From assembly GCA_030595795.1 (NCBI GenBank), contig JAUVCH010000003.1, positions 1,173 through 65,172 on the forward strand: a stretch of 64,000 bases of DNA, written 5' to 3'. The DNA is from Gammaproteobacteria bacterium (GTDB lineage Bacteria > Pseudomonadota > Gammaproteobacteria > GCA-001735895). Numbering within the stretch: the first letter of the stretch is position 1; the number at the start of each line of letters is the position of its first letter. The notes beneath the pieces were generated by a model. That model saw only the letters and a list, made by a program, of their open reading frames with translations. It was not told the origin of the DNA and did no database searches. Position numbers and translations under genes: made by a program. This document shows, one piece after another, positions 15,683 to 25,258 of the stretch.

Positions 15683-18481
15683 TCAAATTCCTACACCCAA
15701 TACCCGCCAAAACCGCCCATCCAAAACTAATTGCTGTTCGGCTTGCGCACCTGGCATACACAACCAGTCCAGTTCTATTTCTTCTATCTGTTTTTTAATA
15801 TCAACGACTTGCTGGCCCAGTCCAGACTGGTTCATCTGTTGTAGTTGATATTGCATGCGTATTCCCCTGTCTTCAGTTGGACTTTCCAAATCCATCAGAA
15901 TTTCGAGTCGAATACAAAGCAAGCGCCTTTCCGCACCGATTGCCTCTCTGTCAATATCCGACTGGGCGCTAGTCCGACGTGCTTCGATACGACGCAATAG
16001 TGCGCTGTCGTGCAATTCTATCGAATCCCATTGCTGGGATATTTCCTGCCATTGCTGTTCCGAGGCCGATGCTGCAAGTGCCTCCAACTGAGTACAAAGA
16101 CTGGCCTTTTGCCTTAGTGCTTCATGCTGTTGATTGTGTCTGGATTTTATAATACGCGAATGGCACAAATCGAACTGATCGCAGGCCTTACGGTAGTCAC
16201 GATCAATGCCTTCTAGCAACTTTTCCGGGAGCTGTGGGGGCAATTCCGGCAGGGCTTTATAGTTGGCCTGTAACTCTGCAAACTGCTGATCTGCCTCAGC
16301 CAGATCATTGGCCGTCTTTGCCAGATGTTGTATCGCCTTAATAATTTCCCGGTAAGCATTGAGATGTTGATCGGTTTCATCTCTTTTCCCCTGGCGCAGC
16401 GCCTGCACTTTATTGTAGACAACATCACCCTGCTTCTTGAATAGCTTCCAGGCTTTCTGGTCTTCACCGCGCCGGGTAACACCAACCTGCTTCCATCTGG
16501 CCTGAAGAGACTTAAGGCTGGTAAGATTTTCATCTTTCGCCTCAGCTTCGGCGAGCGTTTCAGCCTGCTCGATCAAGTGCTGTTTCAAAGCAATATTTTC
16601 ATCGTATACAAGTCCCAGTTTTTTCATCACAGCATCTTTCAATGCTGAATACTGCTTCCATTGTTTATTCGCGGCATTGCGTTCAAGGTCTTTTATGCCG
16701 CTAAAACCGCTGTTAATGCTGTGCAACCTGGACTGTACAGCCTTATAGTCAGGGCAGTTATCCCACTCGGTAGACTCCAGTAGTTCCCGCATTTCCTCAA
16801 GATACTGCTTTCGTTGTTCGAGATTGGCTTTTCGAATATTGTGGCGTTGCTCGAAAAATATGGAACAGGCCTGGTAAACGTTATCGGCAGCGAGTTTAAA
16901 TCGAGGCCAGTACTGCTCCGATATACCTGAATGACCGAGCTCCTTCCATTGCTGTTGCAGCGACTTCATCTCACTGGAGCGTTTGTCGGCATGTTGGTTT
17001 GAGGTAGTCAGCAGCTCCATCGCCTCACACAGTTCGATGTATTTGGGTTCGGTGGCAAAATTCTTCCAGTCACCCATATCTCCGAGTGTTTTGCTGGCTT
17101 CTTCGAAGCGCTCCTGCAGGTCTACCCGATCTTTTCCATCAAATTTGTCGAGGGCCTTCTTGTCGAGAGCTATCCGTACTTTCTGTGCGGCCTGCTTTGC
17201 TCTCGCCAGAGAGCCAGTGTTTGAAAATCGGAAGATTGAGCTAATGTTTTTATGTACCCGGGCCAGTTTTTGCTGATGCGCTTCTTTAGAGGCCTTCTGC
17301 TCTTCGCGCCAGTCCAGTAATTGCTGTTGTACTTCGCTGGCAGCCTTGAGTTCGGTAAAGTCGGTCGGCCAGTCGAGATTTTTCAGGGCAGCACCGTGTT
17401 GCGAAATAGCTTCGCTTAGCTTGCTATCATCCTCGCGATTATCCCGTAGCAGGTCGGCGGCACTGGCCACAAACTGATTGGCTGATAACATTGCGCTGAA
17501 CATTTTCCTGTACTGACTGAGCAAGGGCTCTTCTGGCGTGGCAATATCGGCCAGGGACTGCCAGTCCAGGCCGAACTGCTTTAGCTGTGACTGCGTTTCA
17601 GAAAGCGCTTCGAACGCAGCGGCGATATCCCTCGCGGCTGAAATCTCTAGCATAGTCTCAAGTTCAGCAATTAGCTGCTGCTGAGACTGTCGGGTTTGTT
17701 CAATCGCGCGTTGTTGCTCGTAGTGCGCATCGACAATCTCGCGAGCCAATTGGTAACGTTGCCTGTCGTCATCCTCGATTTTAAATTCCAGCGAGTCCCA
17801 CTGCTGCCGGTGTGTTCGGCAGCGGACTGCAAACTCCGGTAACCAGTCATGATCAGCGAGGTATTCAATTTCTTCTATCAACTTTTCTACCCGAGATTTA
17901 TTCTCGGCCAGCTGGCGCTGATGACTTCTAAATGCATCTATCCTGGCCTTGATAATACGCTCTGCTTTCTTGTCTTTACCACGCATGATCTTGCGCGCGG
18001 ACTCCAGGTCTTCAATATCATCAAGCATTTCCGCTATGAATTGCCGACAATCGGTATAAATCGTTGCGCCCAGAATTTCCAGCAATTGCTCGGCTAACAG
18101 ATTTTCAATTGCTGCCTTACGTATCGAATTGATATGAGCATGAATAGCAACTCGTAGCTGCAATTCAGGATAGCGGGCAAGCAAATCGCGGTATTGCGCT
18201 TCATCAAGAGCACCCTCCGTAGCCATTAATTCATTGAGCCTTTTTTCAGCCTCCACTGCGACACTATCGTCTGCGGTTTTTATCGACAGTCTATGCAAAG
18301 CCACGGCATCGGTTAAGCGTTGCACTGCAGCAACGCGAATGGAGACATCGCTATCGTCCGAGGCCAATTGAGATAAAACCTGCTGGTGCTCAACACTCGT
18401 GCCAAGCAGTTCAGCAATAGCTTTGCGCCGTTTCTCGACCGAGCCGCTTTGCCAGGCAGGTTTAAACAGGTTGTTTAGCAT
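15683..18481 (-). CDS. DUF349 repeat protein (932 aa, largely alpha-helical/coiled-coil)
   Basis: It carries repeated DUF349-type units with the W..F pattern (e.g. LQARWKQVGVTRRGEDQKAWKLFKKQGDVVYNK; LQQQWKELGHSGISEQYWPRFKLAADNVY). The N-terminus is WQS..VEKRRKAI. Confidence 0.8.
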   Translation of the reverse strand: MLNNLFKPAWQSGSVEKRRKAIAELLGTSVEHQQVLSQLASDDSDVSIRVAAVQRLTDAVALHRLSIKTADDSVAVEAEKRLNELMATEGALDEAQYRDLLARYPELQLRVAIHAHINSIRKAAIENLLAEQLLEILGATIYTDCRQFIAEMLDDIEDLESARKIMRGKDKKAERIIKARIDAFRSHQRQLAENKSRVEKLIEEIEYLADHDWLPEFAVRCRTHRQQWDSLEFKIEDDDRQRYQLAREIVDAHYEQQRAIEQTRQSQQQLIAELETMLEISAARDIAAAFEALSETQSQLKQFGLDWQSLADIATPEEPLLSQYRKMFSAMLSANQFVASAADLLRDNREDDSKLSEAISQHGAALKNLDWPTDFTELKAASEVQQQLLDWREEQKASKEAHQQKLARVHKNISSIFRFSNTGSLARAKQAAQKVRIALDKKALDKFDGKDRVDLQERFEEASKTLGDMGDWKNFATEPKYIELCEAMELLTTSNQHADKRSSEMKSLQQQWKELGHSGISEQYWPRFKLAADNVYQACSIFFEQRHNIRKANLEQRKQYLEEMRELLESTEWDNCPDYKAVQSRLHSINSGFSGIKDLERNAANKQWKQYSALKDAVMKKLGLVYDENIALKQHLIEQAETLAEAEAKDENLTSLKSLQARWKQVGVTRRGEDQKAWKLFKKQGDVVYNKVQALRQGKRDETDQHLNAYREIIKAIQHLAKTANDLAEADQQFAELQANYKALPELPPQLPEKLLEGIDRDYRKACDQFDLCHSRIIKSRHNQQHEALRQKASLCTQLEALAASASEQQWQEISQQWDSIELHDSALLRRIEARRTSAQSDIDREAIGAERRLLCIRLEILMDLESPTEDRGIRMQYQLQQMNQSGLGQQVVDIKKQIEEIELDWLCMPGAQAEQQLVLDGRFWRVLGVGI

Positions 18482-18693
18482 GCTTTTCCATTATTTTAAC
18501 TAACAATTGCATATATACCATGGTGCTCGAGATGCGTACACAGGTCTTCGGAAATTAACTCGCCCCTGGCGATTTTCGACACGGCAGACCAATGATTGAT
18601 CACTCCATTGTTCCTATTTTAACAACTCTTTTTTCATTATTTTGATATTTATCCCTGCTTAAGCAACAATTATAATTATCCCTATTCGGGCAA

Positions 18694-19491
18694 ATGAGCC
18701 TTGTAACTACCCATAAGATAAGCAGGTGTATTCGCATGAACAAGTTTTCTTACCCTCATTATCCACCGGATAGTGGCTACATGACGGACACGATTCGGCA
18801 GAAATATATTCAGGCTGCGATAGCGAATAAGGTACTGCCGGAAAACGCCCACCGAATGGCGCTCATCATTTCGCTAACCGCATCGAATGACATCACCAAG
18901 CCGATTCAATTCTGGCAGTTGTATTCTGTGCTAGGGCAGGATCGAATTGTAAACATCGTGCATCGTTTCTATGAACGGGTATACGCTGATGAGCACTGGT
19001 TTAGCTCGGTGTTTTCCAACATAGGTGAAATAAATCGCCATACAAATTCGCAGGCTGCCATGTGGATTGATGTCATGGGTGGCGGCCATGCTTATCATGG
19101 CGGTGAGTATCGGGTCAGCTTTCATCATAGCCATAATGCGATTCAGTTATTGAATGATAAAGGGGCACAACGATGGGTAAAGCTGATGGTGGAGACATTG
19201 AATGACCCATCGATAGATATGACGAATGACCCGAGAGTCAGACCGAGCCTCAACACTTTTTTAACCTATTTCCTGGGCAAATATGCCGAACAGTTCGATT
19301 TCATTAACTGTTCGGCATTCGGTGACACTAATCCGACAATAAAACGAAGAATTAATTTTTTAAACCTGTCGGAAGATGCGATCGAGTCGTTGACAGAAAG
19401 TGAATTGAAAGAGGAGCTTATTGCTCGGGAAATTGATATTGGTGAGTATTTTGACAAGAAGGCGCTTGTGAATAAAGCCCTGAGCTTATAA
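18694..19491 (+). CDS. Truncated-haemoglobin-like (globin-fold) protein with a C-terminal SAP-like helix-extended-helix motif
   Basis: The central region fits the trHb pattern (VHRFYERVYADEHWFSSVF ... MGGGHAYHGG ... FHHSH ... QRWVKLMVETLND). The tail LTESELKEELIAREIDIGEYFDKKALVNKAL resembles a SAP motif. An alternative start is ATG 18736. Confidence 0.55.
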   Translation: MSLVTTHKISRCIRMNKFSYPHYPPDSGYMTDTIRQKYIQAAIANKVLPENAHRMALIISLTASNDITKPIQFWQLYSVLGQDRIVNIVHRFYERVYADEHWFSSVFSNIGEINRHTNSQAAMWIDVMGGGHAYHGGEYRVSFHHSHNAIQLLNDKGAQRWVKLMVETLNDPSIDMTNDPRVRPSLNTFLTYFLGKYAEQFDFINCSAFGDTNPTIKRRINFLNLSEDAIESLTESELKEELIAREIDIGEYFDKKALVNKALSL

Positions 19492-19758
19492 TTTTATATA
19501 TCTAAGTTGTATAGGTCTGGATTATATCTAACACCCGGATAAAGTGGTTCCGATAGTTAGGAACATATATATAAAGCGACGAACGGCAACATCGGACGGC
19601 CAGGGAAAGACCTTCGGCATCAGAGAACTAAGGGCGGCACATAATTGGCGTTCAGTGAAGTCTATTTATTGACTCCCTTTATGCTGGCAGATCTTTATTC
19701 AGGAAACTGCGTTAAACAACCCTGAGATCTCAAGCTACCCGAATAAAAATCTCTCGCC

Positions 19759-20067
19759 CTATCGCATGGCTATTAAATTGGCGATCAAAGCTTTGTTCGC
19801 GAGGCCCATCTCTTCAGCGATTTTGTGTGCTAGATCGGCTTCTGGGCCACAACAAATAACTGTTGCCTCGTGGTGAGATTCTGTAGCCTGCTCGACCGAC
19901 TGGATCAGCGCTTTCCCCAAAATTTGCGATATCTTTTTGCGTTCATCTTCGGAAAGGTCGGCTGAAATCGCCTCCTCGAGCGCTAAGGTTGTTTCTTTGG
20001 CTATTTTTTCTAGCGACACCGTGTTACTCCATCCGTTCGTGAAGCCCTGCATTCTACAGCCAAACAC
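19759..20067 (-). CDS. Hypothetical small protein
   Basis: 102-codon ORF that is helical and acidic, with no family recognised. A GTG (VSLEKIAKE...) preceded by TGGAGT is a plausible alternative start. Confidence 0.35.
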   Translation of the reverse strand: MFGCRMQGFTNGWSNTVSLEKIAKETTLALEEAISADLSEDERKKISQILGKALIQSVEQATESHHEATVICCGPEADLAHKIAEEMGLANKALIANLIAMR

Positions 20068-20429
20068 TGTTTTGCGTTAGCTTTGTTTGACTTCAGTTAA
20101 GTGAATTCGATGCGCTCTACATCTATTAAAAGCCGTTTGACATCATAGCAAATGACCCTTTGGGTCGACTCCAGAAGCAGCCCGATTTAAATTTCAGCCC
20201 GTTCAACTTCCCGACCGCTGCGAGCAGACAATTCGGCCGCCTCTCCGACGCGCACCGACCAGAGTCCATCGAGCAGAGTTACTTCGGGCTGTGCGCCATC
20301 ACTGCGCACCATTATGAGTTTGCCGGATCCGACCCGGTTAGAGCGGTTAGAATAGGCGATCATACAAAATTGACTAGCGGTGAGTCTACCAATAAGCTGG
20401 TTTCAGTTTAAACACATAAGGATTAGAAG

Positions 20430-20981
20430 ATGCCAGTAAGTGGACGTTGTACCTGGAACGCCGACGACTATGGCCCCGAAGTCGCTGCCCATGTGCACCT
20501 CGGCGAGACCCCGGAACAGTTCGCTACCTATCTGGAACAGCATGGCTGGCCGGAATTTGTGGCCCGCCCCAACCTGGAAGTTCTAGTCGTCGATGCTCGA
20601 TTAAACGTCGCCAATGTAACAAGCTCGGTGGAACCTGTGTTGGCGACTCGCGACACACCGTCCCGGAGTGTTGGTACGGTTTCTGCCGGGCACCTGCTAG
20701 GTGTTGTGGACAGCACTACCGTGGAGACAGTCGAAAGGCCTGGCTTTAGCTTCGCGATGGCCGGCCGCATCCATGAACCTGGTGACTCCGATACCAACGA
20801 ATGGATGATCTGCGGCGAACCCGACTTACATTTGCGTAACGACATAGTGCCGTACCGGACAATTACCTGCACATCCGTGGTTAACCGAATCCCGGATGTT
20901 ATTGCAGCTTCGCCGGGATTGATCACTCTCGACCAGCTGCCACCAGCCCGATACTGCCCCGGCGTGCTGCAACACCCCTGA
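20430..20981 (+). CDS. Hypothetical protein in a GC-rich patch; possibly the C-terminal half of a DapB-like NAD(P)-dependent amine dehydrogenase (gene fragment?)
   Basis: 183-aa ORF with an RBS (AAGGATTAGAAG-ATG). The C-terminal ...CTSVVNRIPDVIAASPGLITLDQLPP resembles the end of that dehydrogenase family, but no Rossmann N-domain precedes it. The region is visibly more GC-rich than its flanks. Confidence 0.4.
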   Translation: MPVSGRCTWNADDYGPEVAAHVHLGETPEQFATYLEQHGWPEFVARPNLEVLVVDARLNVANVTSSVEPVLATRDTPSRSVGTVSAGHLLGVVDSTTVETVERPGFSFAMAGRIHEPGDSDTNEWMICGEPDLHLRNDIVPYRTITCTSVVNRIPDVIAASPGLITLDQLPPARYCPGVLQHP

Positions 20982-20996
20982 ACGGGGCTTCTGTTA

Positions 20997-21015
20997 TGGC
21001 GGAAAGTGAGGGATT
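20997..21015 (-). repeat. Partial duplicate of the tRNA-Ser 3' end (att-like direct repeat)
   Basis: TGGCGGAAAGTGAGGGATT matches TGGCGGAGAGTGAGGGATT at 21160-21178 in 18 of 19 positions, in the same orientation, 144 bp beyond the tRNA 3' end. Confidence 0.6.
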
Positions 21016-21127
21016 ATTCGGCGCATCCATGCACCTCCCCCTTCGGGCTCGCTGCGCTCATGCAAATTTGCTCCGGGCAAATTTGTCGAACAGGGTTTTC
21101 ATCAATCCACACTTTCTACCAGATATA

Positions 21128-21155
21128 AAAAAGCCCCCTTGCGGAGGCTATTTTA
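21128..21155 (-). terminator. Rho-independent terminator candidate downstream of tRNA-Ser
   Basis: On the minus strand, AGCCTCC-GCAA-GGGGGCT (6 paired positions, one mismatch) is followed by TTTTTTAT. It starts about 10 nt after the tRNA CCA end. Confidence 0.5.
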
Positions 21156-21159
21156 CATC

Positions 21160-21247
21160 TGGCGGAGAGTGAGGGATTCGAACCCTCGATACGTTGCCGT
21201 ATACACACTTTCCAGGCGTGCTCCTTAAGCCACTCGGACAACTCTCC
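21160..21247 (-). tRNA. tRNA-Ser (anticodon GGA)
   Basis: Minus-strand sequence: GGAGAGTTGTCCGAGTGGCTTAAGGAGCACGCCTGGAAAGTGTGTATACGGCAACGTATCGAGGGTTCGAATCCCTCACTCTCCGCCA. It folds by hand into a 7-bp acceptor stem, anticodon stem CACGC/GTGTG with loop CTGGAAA, a long variable arm (TACG/CGTA), a T-arm GAGGG-TTCGAAT-CCCTC and an encoded CCA. Confidence 0.95.
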
Positions 21248-21419
21248 AGATTCTGCTTTTTTGCTGTGCTCTTTAACAGGGCGCGAAGACTACAGGATAC
21301 CGGTTTTCCTATCAATCCCATCTTTGTTTAAATCACATAATGTGAGCCAGACGGAACATGTTTTTCGATAATAGGTCTATTATATTTGCTAATATACGTT
21401 CTTTTTTGCGCTTTACATT

Positions 21420-22190
21420 ATGTTAACTGTTATTTCCCCTGCCAAGACGCTTGATCTTGATACCCCTCCTCTGACCGATGAGTTTACCCAACCGGCTCAT
21501 CTGAGGCAGTCCAGGCAGCTAATCAAACATTTGCGAAAATTTTCGGCTAAAGATGTCTCCAGTTTGATGAGTGTGAGCGACAACATTGCTAATTTAAATG
21601 TCGACCGCTTTAAGCACTGGAAGACACCTTTTTCGTTAGATAATTCTCGTCAGGCTTTATTTACCTTTAAGGGTGATGTTTATATTGGACTCGATGCGTT
21701 TACCATGAGTCAGCGCAATATTTCGTTTGCACAGAACCATTTACGGATTTTATCTGGGCTATATGGTCTCCTACGGCCCCTCGACCTGATGCAGGCATAT
21801 CGGCTCGAAATGGGTACCCGACTAAATACCGACCAGGGTAGCAATCTGTATCAGTTTTGGGACTCGCGAATCACTACTGCGATCAATAAGGAACTGTCTG
21901 CTATGGGGTCTCCAGTGCTGGTTAACCTGGCGTCGAACGAATATTTCAAGTCAGTTAAACCAAAGGCGATTAAAGGCCAGGTCATAACGCCGGTTTTCAA
22001 GGAATATCATAAAGGTAAATATCAGATTATTAGCTTTTATGCCAAGAAGGCTCGAGGGCTGATGTCGCGTTATATGATTGATAACGAGATCACAGATATC
22101 GAAGCGATCAAAGACTTTAACCTCGAAGGATACGCCTTCGATGAATCGCTATCGCGTAATCAGGACTGGGTTTTCAGTCGAAGACAATAG
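21420..22190 (+). CDS. yaaA: Peroxide stress protein YaaA (UPF0246/DUF328)
   Basis: 256 aa. It has the hallmark N-terminus MLTVISPAKTLD and conserved blocks (FKGDVYIGLDA, LRILSGLYGLLRPLD, YAKKARG). Confidence 0.9.
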   Translation: MLTVISPAKTLDLDTPPLTDEFTQPAHLRQSRQLIKHLRKFSAKDVSSLMSVSDNIANLNVDRFKHWKTPFSLDNSRQALFTFKGDVYIGLDAFTMSQRNISFAQNHLRILSGLYGLLRPLDLMQAYRLEMGTRLNTDQGSNLYQFWDSRITTAINKELSAMGSPVLVNLASNEYFKSVKPKAIKGQVITPVFKEYHKGKYQIISFYAKKARGLMSRYMIDNEITDIEAIKDFNLEGYAFDESLSRNQDWVFSRRQ

Positions 22191-22217
22191 TCTTCAACCC
22201 CACCCGCCCTCGCTTTA

Positions 22218-23684
22218 ATGGCTGAACTTTCAAAATTCTGGCATCGTGTTCAGGTCATCACAGGTGTGATAGCGGGAACACTGGTATTGCTCGCACTCGT
22301 CTATCAGCCAGGTATTACCAGCAAACAACTCACCGAGCTGGAAAAAATCCAACTGCGTGGATACACCCGTATTCTAACGCTGAACAGTGCTGCGACTTAT
22401 TTTCTGGATATCGAAGGCCCTAGTGGATTTGAATATCAACTGGCGCGTTGGTTTAGCGAATCGATTGGCGTTGAGGCTGGTTTTATCACGGTTTCACAGT
22501 TTTCCGATCTCTACACCGAACTTTTATTCGGCACCGGTGACTTCGTTGCATCGGGCTTATCCGAAAACGAATCTGAATACAGCTCGACGGTGTTATATGG
22601 GCCACACTATTACCAGGTTCAAAGCCAGGTCGTTTATCGTAAAGGCAACGTTGAAAGACCTCGTTCAATGGAAGATATCATCGATGCAGACGTTCATGTT
22701 ATCCGCGGCAGCAGTCAGGCGGCCCAACTGCGCGAGCTGAAGTCAGACTACCCCGATTTGATCTGGACCGAAGTCGATGACATAGCAACCGAGGAACTCA
22801 TCGAACTGGTTGATAGCGGAGAGGTCGATTACATCATCGCCGACTCGCATGCGATAGCCCTGCAGCGGCGTTTTTTTCCTGAGCTAAGAATCGCTTTCGA
22901 GCCTGGCCAGCCTCGCCAGTTACGATGGGCCTATAACCAGTCTACCGACGACAGCCTGGCATCTGCTATAGATAGTTTTTTCAAGCAAATTAAAGAGGAC
23001 GGACGGCTGGAGCAATTGATTCACCGTCACTATGGACAGGTCGCTAAATTTAATTATTCTGATATAAAAACTTTTACCAACCACATGGAAACTCGTCTGC
23101 CCAAATATCAGTCAATGTTCGAACAGGAGGCGGTGAAAGTGGAGATCGACTGGCGTTTACTAGCCTCCATCGGATACCAGGAATCACTCTGGAATCCGCG
23201 CGCCAGATCACCTACCGGTGTCCGGGGATTAATGATGTTAACCCAGGCAACCGCTAAACAAATGAAAGTGACAAACCGTCTGGATGCAGAGCAGAGTATC
23301 GGCGGAGGCGCCAGATATTTTGCCAGTGTGCTCAAGCGCATACCAGCTCAGATAACTGAGCCCGATCGAACCTGGTTAGCACTGGCTTCCTATAACGTCG
23401 GCTTCGGCCATGTAGAAGACGCTCGCATCATTGCCGAGACCCGAGGACACGACCCGAACAAATGGATCGACGTCAAAAAAAGTCTGCCCCTGCTAGCGCG
23501 AAAAAAATGGTACAAGGGCACCAAATACGGATACGCACGGGGTTGGGAGCCGGTGAAGTACGTTGAGAATATCCGACAATATTTCGAATACCTGACCGGT
23601 CACGAAGTGAAATCGATGCGTGATTCAGGAGAACTGGATAAGCTCGGACCCAGAGAAGGCCTGCCGATTGCACCGAGTTTATAA
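22218..23684 (+). CDS. mltF: Membrane-bound lytic murein transglycosylase F
   Basis: 488 aa with an N-terminal anchor, a solute-binding-like domain and an SLT domain with the catalytic context IGYQESLWNPRARSPTGVRGLMMLT. It is convergent with tadA, as in enterobacteria. Confidence 0.9.
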   Translation: MAELSKFWHRVQVITGVIAGTLVLLALVYQPGITSKQLTELEKIQLRGYTRILTLNSAATYFLDIEGPSGFEYQLARWFSESIGVEAGFITVSQFSDLYTELLFGTGDFVASGLSENESEYSSTVLYGPHYYQVQSQVVYRKGNVERPRSMEDIIDADVHVIRGSSQAAQLRELKSDYPDLIWTEVDDIATEELIELVDSGEVDYIIADSHAIALQRRFFPELRIAFEPGQPRQLRWAYNQSTDDSLASAIDSFFKQIKEDGRLEQLIHRHYGQVAKFNYSDIKTFTNHMETRLPKYQSMFEQEAVKVEIDWRLLASIGYQESLWNPRARSPTGVRGLMMLTQATAKQMKVTNRLDAEQSIGGGARYFASVLKRIPAQITEPDRTWLALASYNVGFGHVEDARIIAETRGHDPNKWIDVKKSLPLLARKKWYKGTKYGYARGWEPVKYVENIRQYFEYLTGHEVKSMRDSGELDKLGPREGLPIAPSL

Positions 23685-24167
23685 CGGGGTTTTATTCTTT
23701 TTTTGCCGTCGCCTTTGTTGAAAAAAAGCGCTTAACAAAGAAGAACATTCCTCTTTTCTCACACCGCCTAAAATTTCTGGAATATGGTTAAACTTGCCTT
23801 CGGCAAATAGTTGATGCGCGCTTTCAATTGCGCCAGTTTTCGGTTCCGATGCACCGTAGACAATACGGCTAACTCGCGCCTGAACCAGTGCTCCGACACA
23901 CATGGTGCAGGGTTCCAGCGTGACATAGAGAGTGGTATTTGGCAGCCGATAATTACCCAGTTTCGTCGCCGCAGCGCGCAAAACGATAATTTCGGCATGA
24001 GCGGTAGGGTCACTGGCGAATATCGGCTGGTTATGACCAACGGCGATTAATTCATTATTTTCGTTAACTAAAACAGCACCAACCGGGACTTCATCGTGTT
24101 CATAGGCTTTACGCGCCTGCTCGAGTGCTAGTCCCATGCAGGTTCCATCTTCAATATTTTCAAGCAT
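23679..24167 (-). CDS. tadA: tRNA adenosine(34) deaminase
   Basis: 162 aa with the CDA zinc motifs HAEIIVLR and LEPCTMCVGAL. Confidence 0.92.
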   Translation of the reverse strand: MLENIEDGTCMGLALEQARKAYEHDEVPVGAVLVNENNELIAVGHNQPIFASDPTAHAEIIVLRAAATKLGNYRLPNTTLYVTLEPCTMCVGALVQARVSRIVYGASEPKTGAIESAHQLFAEGKFNHIPEILGGVRKEECSSLLSAFFQQRRRQKKNKTPL

Positions 24168-24240
24168 AAATTACTTGTATTCCAACGGTTTACGGTTAAT
24201 ATCTAATGTTAATGCTCAGTATTATAAGGCATCCCCGAAA

Positions 24241-25233
24241 ATGATATCGTCGATTACTCAACAAATGCTTAAGATCTCAGACTTGCGAGATATCAAAGAA
24301 TTGCGAGTTAATATTACGCTGGCAGTGAGCGCGCTGCTAGAAATCGACCATTCCGAGTTGATTCATCGGCTCGAACACCGCAGTACCTCGGGTTCGCCCG
24401 ACGAGCCTACTACTTTTTTTGCTTTACATAAAACTTCAGCACAAGGCGATATCGAAAAAGACTCGATTCTACAAAACGAATTTATCAGTCAGTGGATTAC
24501 AGAACCTGCATATAGCACCAACACTGACGAGCCGAACATTATACCGATGAAAATGAGTAACGATGCGACCGAGTATCTGAAATTTTTCTGTGCCAATCTC
24601 GATTCAAAAACCATTGCTAATCTTGAGGCGCTAACTAGGGTTTATCGTAATCAATGCGAGTTGATATTAAATGCTGAAAACGACCAGCTAACTGGACTAT
24701 TCAATCGTCAGGCTTTCGCCAGAATAACTACTGCGATGTTTTCAACCCAGCAAACCGCCTCAATCGAATATCATCAGCTCGAACAATCTGCCTGCATGGC
24801 AGTTGTCGACCTCGACTATTTCAAGCGCGTAAACGATAAATTCGGTCACCTGTATGGCGATGAGGTATTGTTATTGTTTTCCAGAATAATGGTGAATTCG
24901 CTACGAAATAGCGACTATATATTTCGTTATGGAGGGGAAGAATTCGTGATCATTTTAAATGATACCAATGCCAGCCAAGCCTCGACCATTCTCAACCGCT
25001 TACGCGAAGATGCAGAAAACTTCGATTACCCGCAAATTGGCCGCATTACTATCAGCGTTGGATATGCATTAATGAAAAAGGAATTAGGTGTATCCGGGAT
25101 TATCGATATAGCCGATATTGCGCTTTATTATTCAAAAGAGAATGGTCGAAACCAGGTCAGTAATTATCATGACTTACTTGAAAGGGGATTGATTGCAGAT
25201 AAGGTAGCAGACGATACGATTAATATCTTTTAA
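24241..25233 (+). CDS. Diguanylate cyclase (GGDEF domain) with an uncharacterised ~170-aa N-terminal domain
   Basis: Contains the active-site RYGGEEF, an upstream DLDYFKRVNDKFGH and the linker LTGLFNRQAF. The start is taken at ATG 24241 to avoid overlapping the tadA N-terminus; the ORF is open from 24136. Confidence 0.85.
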   Translation: MISSITQQMLKISDLRDIKELRVNITLAVSALLEIDHSELIHRLEHRSTSGSPDEPTTFFALHKTSAQGDIEKDSILQNEFISQWITEPAYSTNTDEPNIIPMKMSNDATEYLKFFCANLDSKTIANLEALTRVYRNQCELILNAENDQLTGLFNRQAFARITTAMFSTQQTASIEYHQLEQSACMAVVDLDYFKRVNDKFGHLYGDEVLLLFSRIMVNSLRNSDYIFRYGGEEFVIILNDTNASQASTILNRLREDAENFDYPQIGRITISVGYALMKKELGVSGIIDIADIALYYSKENGRNQVSNYHDLLERGLIADKVADDTINIF

Positions 25234-25258
25234 TTGATCGGTAATTGGTAAACATAGA

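Noticed and set aside
18482-18693. Recurrent ATTATTTT(A/G)A words upstream of the globin-like and DUF349 genes, considered as a regulator-site array.
   Set aside because: This is an AT-rich divergent promoter region, the words are short and degenerate, and they are better explained as UP-element-like composition.
20185-20361. A 58-codon minus-strand ORF (MIAYSNRSNRVGSGKLIMVRSDGAQPEV...) inside the GC-rich patch.
   Set aside because: It is short, no family is recognised, and GC-rich DNA generates open frames by chance. The support is insufficient.
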